Position numbers and translations under genes: made by a program
The notes under the pieces: generated by a model
Told to the model about the DNA's origin: nothing
Seen by the model: the letters and a program-made list of their open reading frames with translations, nothing else
Databases searched by the model: none
Part shown: positions 12,101 to 24,100 of the stretch, piece by piece
Layout: the number at the start of each line of letters is the position of its first letter
Position numbering within the stretch: the first letter of the stretch is position 1
NCBI RefSeq assembly: GCF_964204865.1
Contig: NC_135254.1
Location: 14,632,001-14,696,000 of the forward strand
Direction: 5' to 3'
DNA: 64,000 bases
Source of the DNA: Styela clava
Taxonomy: Eukaryota

Positions 12101-15100
12101 TCTATCTGCAAAAAAATTTGGAAGTTTGGATGGGCAACTAACTCACTACACCATTAATAATTCATCCTAAGGCTCTGTCTCCACTTTGCCTATCATTCTC
12201 TGCTGTAAGGGGATTGTATCCATGTCTTAATCAGACTCTATGTCTTATTAATCAGACTCTGTAACTTTCTTCGTCTGAGAATGAACATACATTCATCTCT
12301 GTTAGTTCACTGTCTATGCTGCATGCTAAGAAAGCACTCAGCACATTCACTAACTTCCTTTTCTTTCTCAACTTCAGAATCCTAACTCTCAGTCCTTTTT
12401 GGTTGATACGTAAACTGCTGTTTGGTTGTTATTCATTCATTCAAACCATAGCTACTCTCTGCATTGCGCTCAAAGTAATTTCCTAATTCGAATCTTTCTC
12501 AAGTTCTTTCTATGTTCTCTTCATCTGAAACTCCAGGTCTTAAATCTTTATAGTCTATTTCACACACTGTAATATTATATCACAATTCACAATGTAATAT
12601 CATAAAATTTCACTCTAGCTTTCTCTAAAAACTTGAAAAGTATCAACCCAGAAATCACATCCAACCACAAATTATAATGATACTGTATATAGTAGCAATC
12701 AATTTTTAAATTCGAAATATTCTTCTGTATAGCTTAAACTTAACCTAAATATATTTATTATGTTAATCAATAACATAAAATGGTAATTTGTGTTTAATTT
12801 TGGCTTCCCTTCGAAAAAACAGGCTTTCCTCTCAATATTAAGGGTCCACATCGACACATATAACTGATTATTTTTGTAGGGCCTTCCGGAAGGCCCTAAC
12901 ATTTTCTATAGTAATGCCCAACTTTTATATATCATTAAACATTCTGTATTGCATTTTGTTTCTCAATAAATCAAGTAACCAACATGAAATCATGCCTCGT
13001 GCAAAAAAAGTACCTGCAATTACGAAGAAAATATTTTTTGACACCGGAACAACAAAAATTAATCTAATATTCTGATCAATAAACTAGGTAACTTGCTTAT
13101 AATTGGAGATATGAAGACAAAATAATGACTATGTCATCTGGCAATCGCCAGGCTTGCAACTACAACTTTTATTGCTTTCATTTAAAGCCCTGTAGTCTTC
13201 AATTTGGTCAAAATAGTTGAATGGTGTAAAAAAAACATAGGGCCTTCCGGAAGGCCCTTTTGTCTACATGTTTATACAAAATTTACGACATTATCGAGTG
13301 GTAGCAGTTCATTCCAATCACATTGCAATTGTTGTAAATCTATAGAAACTTGCAAAACAGTAAAAAAAAGTGCCTCGATTAATACCTGGGTTGCCCATAA
13401 TTGCGATTTTTGAAAAATATATAAAAATTTTCATAGGTGACAAAAAGTTCTTATTTTCAATAGTTGAGCAGACTAATAAAAACTATATATGTGCAGTAGC
13501 TGTTAAGTGTTTGTAAATAACCTTTAATGAACTATTCAAAGCTGAAAAACTAAGAAGTTTTATTGCTATATAGTACTGTGAAAATTTATTGTAAAATGAC
13601 CTAAAATAGGGCCTTCCGGAAGGCCCTTTTTCAGTCGAATTATCATTAAATATTAAAAAAAACTTGCACTATCTTCAGTTATTTACAAATATCTTCAGTT
13701 TTCAATTGAATAAACACAGAATATTACTGATTGATTTTTGGATGATTTGGTTGTTGCTATTGCATCATATTTTATCACATATGAAACTCACTTTTTTACA
13801 CCTTTATTACAGCATATGAACTAGCAGTACACATGTGAAGATACACTCCCTTACTCTTTTATGTGAGTTTTTTCTTCTTTTTAGATGCTACAATGCAACT
13901 GACTTCTCGTGGTGTTTTCCAAGGACAATTAGAATATGAATTGTGTACTTTTGGTGGAACACTATTGCTTGAGAAGAAACCACCACAATTGAGTGTTGTG
14001 CAGAGAAAGATACCCATTGGTAGGTTTCATGTCATTTTTTCTACAGTTGTATTATATATTGGAAATTTGAAGGCATTAATTCATAATTTCATGTCTTACT
14101 CAGTGGAATAGTCAGTTCTCAAATGCTTCCATTCTCATTGCATAATTGTTTAAATAAGTGTTTAAAGCACAGACTCCTATTTTATTTACTGCCTTTATGA
14201 CTATCATCAAATAAAAAATGAGTCTGCTCATATTCTTGGCCACTAAAAGTTGCAGACACAGTGAATCGTCAGCATATTTGAGTTTACTTCTTTTATTGAA
14301 GCCACAGAGTTTGTCATTGAAAAAATAGATGAATTGTGAACAAATAACATGTGAACATCTATATGTGATGTAAAATTTTATGTGCATATATCGCTATTTT
14401 GCTGCAAAATTGAAAAATGTAGTAATAATTCTAAAGAAATCTAAAAATTCGAAATTTTGAAAGTCAAGTGTTATATACCGGTATTTCCTGTTTTTCCTAT
14501 TTTATAACAATATTGTCTCAAACCAGGCTTTGCACAAAGAGTTTTGGAAATTACAAAATCTTTCTGATTCAGCATTGCTAAACAATATTTATACCCTGAA
14601 TGATGTGGTGGGCCTGAGTCTTACTTGAAGCTAAGAAATGCCAACATTGTTTAGTCTAACATGTCAACCAATCAAAAAGATTCTACATCACAGGTCCGTT
14701 ATTCCATGTTCTGGCAAAAACAATTCGAGTTACTGGAGACAAACCAAACAATGAATATACCAAAAAAATTTGGAATCAACTTACTGGATCTTTATTGAAA
14801 GTGAAGGAAACAAGCGACTGCCCGCTGCTTATGAAAGATCCGATTGCACTTTTGATTGAGGTAAATTATGGATATTTATTGTCCTAAATTCATTGTTTTT
14901 TGTTTTCCATTTTTTGTAATTTTATATTTTTGTTTTTTTAATGTTTGATATTCTTGTTTTTACACCTCACTCTTAACAAGGTTCTGGACAAGCAGAGACT
15001 AGGATCATATGATTCACAAAATAGAAGGTAGCGAAATATGTCTGGTTTGAGATTGCCTATGAAAATTATTTCATTTTACTCATGTAAGTACGTCGGCATG

Positions 15101-18100
15101 GATATCTCATGCTCATCGGCTTGTCTTTAACCTGCGCCCAGGATTGTGTAGTTGGAGTATGTGTTGATATTCTGAATTTCCAGTCGGGCGTCGGAATTGC
15201 AGACTTTTAATAATCATAATATAAGTCAAAACTTCCTACTAAAACTCAAAAAGCATTATTTTACCAAGCATTCTCAATAACATTATATTGAAGAGGGCTA
15301 TATGGCAAAGTTTTTGTAATCAAAATTAGATTTTCGCGGAGTTTGGAGCTGAAGTCAAAGTAAAACAGCCAGAGCCAGAGTCAGAATTTTGATTAATTCA
15401 GAGTATGAGTCAGAGCCAAAATTTTTTCCAGTCAGAGTAGATTGTAAAGTTTCTCTCCACACCCTGGTGCTGCTATTACGTCTGTCGATACAGATGTATA
15501 CACTTTAATTTCTAATTCCGTAAAACTACTGTTTAAATTGATGTTTTTGCATCTCGTTGAACTTTCTTAACAAATATCAGTTCATACAACAAAGCTATTA
15601 TATAAATGAATTAATTTATTTATTAATTGTTTTTCAAGAGTTCAGATGAGTCGATTTTGTTCCTAATTGAACCATAACTTCTGATCTTCGACTTAGATAA
15701 AGTATTAATAAATGAATTTGAAAATGTCATATTCTATAGAACATGTCTTTTCAAACCACACTTCTGTGTATGGTATTTGGAAACTGGTTCTACGTGATTT
15801 TATCATTTTGATCGTTTTTGAGCAGTTTAAAGTAAAGTTGTTTTTCATAAAATACTAAGCTTTATTCTATATTGGTTGGTCCTTGGAATAAAATTGAGCA
15901 AATCTCTAAAAAATGATTATTATATTCATTATTTTGTATCCTGTTTGGTTACTTAAACACAAAATGTGGTTATGCGTCATTTTGCAAAATTGTTGTTGTC
16001 GTGTAAAGTTTCTTTTTTAAGCGACTACTGGACCAAATTGTCAATACTTATGATGGAAGAAGCTTTCAGAAAGCTATTATTTTTTAAAATTTCTTTAGTC
16101 ATAATAGGGCCTGATATTTGCCCAAAATTTTTTTTCGATTTTTCAACTCGTGGGTACATGTTTATGTGACATCTACATATTAGCTGCTCTTGTGCAGAGC
16201 CTTGTTCAAAGCAAAAGGCATAGAAATATGAACCATTTTGTTCGCTTCCAGTATATTAATCGTAAATTTCTACTTAATTTACAGAGTTTTTTTTGATACT
16301 GTTGACCTTCAAACTGTCATGTTATATTTGACATATTGTCAACAAACTGCTGATCTTCTCATGGTTTTTTCAAATATTCAGACTTATTTACCAAAATAAA
16401 ACGTGATAGAACATTTGGGTAAAATCTTGGTTAGGCGTCACACAGTATACGCACAGGACGCCTTCTTGTCATCTCTAGAATATGTATATATAAATGCGAA
16501 TCTCATGTTCTTTGAAAAGATAAGCTATTTGTGGTCATGGTATTGCTGTAAACAAATATTGCTCAAGCATGTTTTAAGTTTGAATCAAGCTAATAAAATA
16601 GTTCTTAACTTCTGTGTTAATTGGTCCAAGTTGGTCCAAAATCGGACTTAAATTTGACCTTAAAGAGAACTATGCATGTCTGAATTGGTTATTGTTAAAG
16701 CAACTTATCGTGTGTGAAATCTTTAGAACTTTTGTATATCAGAGGTCCTGCCTGAGTCCTTATTAACATGCACTGACTCAACGTGTAAAACTTGTTTAAC
16801 AACCGTGCAACGTTGTTCTTCAATAGTTGAAGAGAGTTCATTTTGTTGAGTTTCGAAATTTTATGTGAGAAATTTAATGTCATACTTTACCAATATTTGG
16901 ATTTATATTGGCCCTGTTTTTAAATATTATAAACAAAAAACAAAATAATATTATTGTAAGAATGGATCAATGAAATTTGATGTCATGAGTCATGACTAGG
17001 GCCTCATTTATTTGTTCTAATATTTGGATTAAGATTGTCTTTAATTTATTGATATTTATGAAATGGAAACAGAAAAATAAATACTATTACAAAATGCCAG
17101 ATATCTGATGACCACTGGTGGATTTAGAGTTTCTATCTAGTGTTTGCATATATGAATATTACCTGGTATGCAACTTTCTTTTTTCTAAAATTTGTCATTT
17201 TAATCGTTTGACATCTCTTGGTCAGACAAATAATGGACTTGATTAATTCAACGATTAATTATATCCCAATCATTATATGTATGTGCATTGTCATAAACAT
17301 GAAAAAGTCTTATATATTTGTGTGATTGTGAATTTTCTTCTGACCTTTGCTTGTTCAGGAAATCGTATTTCTGCAAATGATTTTCTACTTAGTGTTAGTG
17401 GTCATTTGCAAGGAAACATTTTGCTATTTTAACTGACTCTTCAAATATGAAAGTTTCTAATCATGCCTTGTTGATATAGCTGAGATCCAAAAAAATTGGA
17501 ACGTTTAAAATGTTTAACTTTTTTTTTCAGCTTTGTGTATCTATATATCCATTCACAATAGACGAATATCAGACAGTTGTTCGTGTGTTATACAATCTAT
17601 CTCTTGTACAAGCATTGGTACAAATCAGTTGCAAATTTTCACCAGAAGAAAGAAGGTACCGGTGTTACTCTTCAAAACTTTTCAATTTTAATTGTCATCA
17701 TCTAGTAATTCATTCTGAAATTGTATATACACCAGTGTTGATAGAACTCCCACAGCGAGTCAAGTTGGGTCACTTGTCATCCAAGTCTCTCGTGGAGCAC
17801 GGAGACAAGCAAATCACCGAACTTCAGTCTCACTACTCTCTAGTTGTGTATAGATGACTCGAGTAACTTCGAGTCTTCGATAATTGGTCATTGAGTCAAA
17901 TTTGTGCAGAGTCAGCATTGATAACACTGATATATGCTGTCAATTTTCATATAGTGTTGGCTAAATTTGATTAGTGCTAAATTTCACATAATAAGACCTT
18001 AAGCATCAACATCCATTGGTGATTTGAATCACATATGAATAACCATTCCTCATTGTTTGATTTTGCTTTAGTGACAAAGCTATGTTGGCATTATAGAAAA

Positions 18101-21100
18101 TCTCGTTTATTCGAAATAATAAATCTCTTTTCAGAGCATGGAAGTCTAATGTCAGTGCATCTCTTGGTGGAATTCCCTTCGATGCCGATAAACTAGATTG
18201 TCTCCTTGGTCAAGTTATTGCTTGTCTACCGAAGTCATTATTTAATGATGACGTAGCAGAAAAATTGATGCCTCCTTCAACTCAGTGTTATACTTCAACT
18301 GTGTGGACTTCTCAGGTAAATTGCGAGTAGGGCTGTTCAAAATTGAATATTTTTTCATTCGAATCGAACCGAATATTTTTTTCGAATAATCGAATAATAT
18401 TGTGCAAATTTAAATCTGTCTTTATAGCTTGTTTTAAGGAAATGAGCAAACATATATTTTTGATTCTCAAACTTTTGTAACTTTATATCGAGATTCTTTG
18501 GTGCATATTTCTTCAAATTTTAAACCAGATTCAAAAGCACCTTCTTCTTTGTAATATATTGGAATATGAATTTTTCCAAATTTTTGACATTTCTTCTTTT
18601 GGCGCAGCGGTTAAAGCTTTAGACCAGTGGTTCCCAAGCTTTTTAAGCCGCTCCCACTTTTAAAATTTGTCAACTCTCGTGTCCCACCTCCACATAATAA
18701 GGCGAAAGTATATTTTATTCAAAAAACGTGTTAAAAAAACGTGAATGGAACGTAAATAATGAAATAAATGAAAGTTTTAATATCAAATAAGGCGGGCAAG
18801 ATCAAATCTAACAAACATTTTTAATTGGCTTCACGCCACCTCAAAAAATTGTCTACACCTTTATTGAGGGGCGCGCCCCACCGTTTGAGAACCACTGCTT
18901 TTAGACTAAACTACGTTGGTATCATAGGTTACACATCTTGGATTCGATTCTTGTGTCACCCAGGGTGTAATAAATCGGGTGAGTAATGGTGATTCAGAAA
19001 GATGCCCCCCCCCCCAAAAAAAAAAAAAAATTATAAAAAAATGAAATTATAAAAAAAATTGAATTTGACATTGTCGTTTTCATATTTTAGAGTGTACAAA
19101 GCTCACTTGAAGAAGTTCTTCTGCAGTTCATGAGGATTTCCTCTTTACTTCAATTTCATATATTTGAAAACATGAGTACTAAGTCACAATTCAGATGTGC
19201 ACCTGCTGGAGAAAATGAGTTAGTCTATCTCGCTAAATATTTAGGTTTGTACTGCGATTTTACTAGGATTTTTTGAAAGATAATGTTTTTAAATTTTCAT
19301 TTTCTGTTCTCGTCTTGAGAGACACAAGGGTTTTAGGATTAAGGGTTTCTCAAACTTAGCCCTCTGTCCCCCCTCCCCCCTAGGGGGCTGAATAGTGGTT
19401 TTATAGGGGCTATGATCGAAGGCCTTCACCAAGTACTATTTCTGATGACTACCGGTAAATTAATTTTAAGTAAATTGATTAACTGCGATATGTTCAGCAA
19501 ATCATGATCAAAACTGGGAATTTCTGCTTCAATAATAAATTGGGTATAAAATTTTGCGATCTTTTCCAGTTTGACTTTTTAATTTCCAGTGCAATCTGCA
19601 TTCCTAACTCTAACTGGAAAAGGCCGAATTTTGACTTCCAAAATTCAATTTTGATGTCAATAGATTCATTATATTCAGATTATGATGTTTTGAAAACAAA
19701 TTAATGCGAACTTGGAATTATGACGTTATTGTGTATTCTGATTTCTGAATTCTATTTATTATTATAAATAAAATCTTTCATGATATTGTGAGACATTTCC
19801 AATATAATTTCTATTTCCTGATGTTTACCTTGCCCCAGGCCTTGCAAAACAACAAAATAAGATTTATCTGTTTTGCTTGGTTTATACCAAATTTATATAA
19901 CACCCAAGCATAAAGATGGTTTTGAAAACGATTTCCTAAGAATTAGTTGAAAAACAGGAAACTTTTTCTATGATGTTATTCCAAATGAGCAATTTTTGAA
20001 AAATTTCCACGACCCATTCACAAGCTGGCTTATTTGCATCAATATGAGATAAGTTGTGTATGGAATTTCATTAATTTACTCAATAATACTCAATTTACTA
20101 ATACTTAACTGTTAATTTTTCAGGCATGCTGGACAGCGCTTCATCGACACCTATGGACAGCTCATGCACTTTTTTCGCAAAATGGCCGAATTCTCCCAAA
20201 TACGTTATCAACTCATGGTGCAAGGAGGTACTCACTATTTTGTTTCATTTTTGCCCGTTTAACAAAAAAATGAATTAAAAAAATTCAGGTATCATAAATA
20301 GGATGAATTTGATACGACAACGTATCGTTCACGTTTCGTAAACTGGAAAACCTGCCCCTAGGCTTTCATTTTGCGATAAAAGTAATACGCCTAAATTTTT
20401 TTACCTTTTTCTCATTTTTTAAGTTTTTACCCAAAAAATGAACTTTCACAAGATGTAACATTGTGTTTATATATTTTCATGAACGGCATTCAAAATTAAA
20501 ATTTTCAAGCAGCAAATTATTCAAAAATTTGGTTTCACTGTGATCGACCGTTTTTATTTTCAATATAAATATTTACTTAACCGAGAAAATTGAAACATAA
20601 CTTTGATATTTTGGCCTCTCCTCTAAGTAATGTCAAAGTTGTCAGATAAATTACTTTGTGGGATGAATCTGTTTTAAGATAAATGACCTTGCTTTGACCT
20701 TTTGATACTTAAGTTTGATTCCTAATGAACTAAATTTGTAAAATTATTAAGATGGTTATCAACCTACATCAATATTTCTGTCGGGATTGTTTTAAAAAAT
20801 TTACCGGAAACCGGCTGTGAAATTTATCCATGACCAGTTTTTGTCATCATCGAAATGTAGATTTAACCTCAGCAATTAATCAAGTAATATTAAACATGAT
20901 CGATCGTGAGCTCTCACTCCTGCTTAGGCTACTATCAGTATACCTACTAGACAAAAAAATATAATATGCCCAAATTTTTTTTTTCCCCGAGAACTTCAGC
21001 AATGTAGAATTCACAATTTCATAGCATACCTTATGCTGAACTGAAAAGATTCTGGTTCTCCAAAAAAGTAACTCTCAACATATCAATATATATTAGTGCA

Positions 21101-24100
21101 GGGGTGCGCAACCATTAATACACAAGGGCCAGATATAATAAAATTGAATGAAACAAGGGGCCGTACCCTTATTTAACATAGGCTTTCTAGTGGTTGCAGC
21201 GACAAAAAAGTTACCTTGCAGAAACAACAAGTTAAGACGCCTAACTTTCTGAATGAAACAGGTATTCAAATTATCTCATAACGTCTTTAAACAAATTCAG
21301 GGAAAAATTGGCAGCTGGTATCTTTACCCGACTACTTTTTCCAAATTTGCTTCAATGGAAGTGCTAGCAAAATTCTATTATTCCAGTGTTCGGAGTGTCC
21401 AATTCAATACGGAGATTTTATGACGCCCATATTAGATAAAAATTGTTCACACAAATATGTTGGGCCAAAAAGTGCCGCACGATTTTTTCTTGTGGGCCGC
21501 ATTTGGCCCGCAGATTGATTTGGCCCGCTGAGTCTGTTAGCACCAAAACAAACCAGAAATTTCTCTATTTTTCAGGTTGAAACTGTGGTCTCATCCGATC
21601 GTCATACTTCATTACAATTGATGAACAGACATAAAATATGGAAGCAACCGGCGATCGTCGATCTACCGGAAGATTATACAAACTTATTCACAAAGTTCAG
21701 AGATATTGTGAGTATATTTTTGTTTGTACGTTTATATTAGCCACTACAATTTTGATAGATATTCAAAACCCAATTTTTTTTCAAGTTCAGTTTGATGCAG
21801 ATGTACCACTGATATATAAGTAAAAAACGATCTGATGTAAAAGTTATCAGGTAACCTAATTGTTTTGCGAACTTGTGAAATTTTTAATTATGTTTTCAGT
21901 TTTTAATCTATGTACAGACTACCAGTCCATGCTTCTGAAAACAAATACCTAACTAAGCCCATACTCGACATGGAATGGTAACCGGACGAGAGGCCGTGGT
22001 TCGCCATATGATTAAGGCGTCTTATCGACTTTCCTCTCTCTCTCGGAGTGTATCAAAGTGTATTAAAAATTGAAAACCGTTTATCACACAAGTCTCTCCC
22101 TATGTGTTTGTTACTGTCGTGAAAACCGTATATCACACAAGTCCCTCCCTATGTGCTTGTTATTATCGTGAAAACCGTATATCACACAAGTCTCTCCCTA
22201 TGTGCTTGTTATTATCGTGAAAACCGTATATCACACAAGTCTCTCCCTATGTGTATGTCATTGTCGTGAAAACCGAATATCACGTGAAAACCGAATATCA
22301 CACAAGTCCCTCCCTATGTGTTTGTTATTGTCGTGCAAACCGAATATCACACAAGTCCCTGTGTGTTTGTTATTGTCGTGCAAACCGAATATCACACAAG
22401 TTCATCCTTCCTATGTGTTTGTTATTGTCGTAATGAAATTATCGCTCTTGAAAATCATAGGTTCGAATTCGCTACATCGCAAAAAATGGTTTCATTCCTA
22501 TTTTCAAACAATCAGCTATGTGTCAACCTATTTTGATGTATGGTGATAAATTTGAAATTTAGTTTAGTCTGGGAACTCACTTCAATCTCTTTCCAAAAAT
22601 GAGTATTTACCAAAAATAAATCAAAACAGAAAAAAGAAATAATGCACTTTTTACCTCAAACTGGAAAAAGGAGTATAGCTAGCTAGTCATAGGTTAATGG
22701 TATGTTCAATGTAAGATCTTATCGCCTCTTATCATGGCCTCGGGTATTCTTCAACTGTATATTATTACCAGGAATTGCTGTCTCGATATGTTGCAATAAT
22801 CTGTCATGATTGACTTTTTGTTATATAAGGCAACTGAGTTCATAGTACGAAAAAATTAAATGGCGCTCCAGAAGTGTGTGTACCAATATGGAGGTAACTA
22901 ATTTTGTTCGCCTACTTTACATCAAGTTGTGTAAAGGGATGATAGCCTATGGCTATGGGCAGGGGGTTATATTCACTTGGCTGAAAAGACAATCCATGAA
23001 TTCGTAATAGAACTAAAATAAGGAAAATCTGAATAAAATTATGGCCTAACCATAATCTGGTACACACACTACAGGAGTACCAATTAAATCATGGATAAAA
23101 TTTATTCCTTGAATATTTCTTAAAGCATTTGTATGTGTTTGTCAATTACTTAATATATTTGGTTGAAATATCTGGTATCATACGACGTCAATTTGAAAGA
23201 AAAAAGTAAAAGATAAATCGAAGGCCTTCAATTACCATTTCCTTGATTAGTATGGAGAATTTGAAATTGATTCGTCGATAAGTTGCGAAGAATTTTTTAT
23301 TTATTACAACAATATATAGTTCAAAAATACATTTCTATATAAATAAGGGCTTTTTGACCAGTATTTGTCGCTCTGTCAGCGTGACATAGGTAAGTCATGA
23401 TCACGACTGGAAATACTTGTCTTGTAAAATATGATACAGGCTTTTAACAATGATATTATCCGCGTTTGAATTACTATAACCTGCTTTAAAATGGATTTTT
23501 TATTACAAATATCAAATTTTTAAAATTTTTGTCTTTTATTTCACCTGTGTTGACGAAATTTGGCGTAATCGTAGGTGAAAATTGCCCGTTATTATCGGGT
23601 GTTTCAAACACTTTTCGGAAAGAGGGTTTCATATGCTATCATTTTTCTCTTTATTTTATAGAGTTGTTAGCGGTTCAGTGAATCAAAAAAGTTTTTTTAT
23701 GTAATGCTCTTATTGGTTAAAATCAAGTTTTTGGAAATAAAAATTGTTTGTACTTGTATACGTGAATAGGAATTCATAAAGATAATTTGCCTCGTATATG
23801 TGTCACTTTGTCTCATGAATAAAATTAAACAGTATTCCAAGTAGTCATGTGTAGAGATAGGCATGATGGTATTTTGAATCGTGCATGTAGTGTGTCATCC
23901 ACCCACCGAGGATAAAATCATTGAAAATTTGTGTAATTCATGGGGGTGGTGGCCCGCCCAGTGGTTAAAGTGTTAGACGGGTTCAAATCTGATACCCACC
24001 GCCTCACCTAAAGTATAACAAATTGGGTAGGCAATGCCGAGCCAGAACTGAAAAAATTATGGTTTTTCTAAAATATCGCGTCTCTTTACATATCAGTGCT

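Noticed and set aside
11541-13627. CRISPR or REP-type array from the repeated palindrome
   Set aside because: Gaps of 360-1340 bp are far beyond spacer length and no associated nuclease ORF is present.
22072-22546. CRISPR array, or the three overlapping ORFs in the track
   Set aside because: Plain minisatellite; the ORFs are translations of the 49-bp unit.
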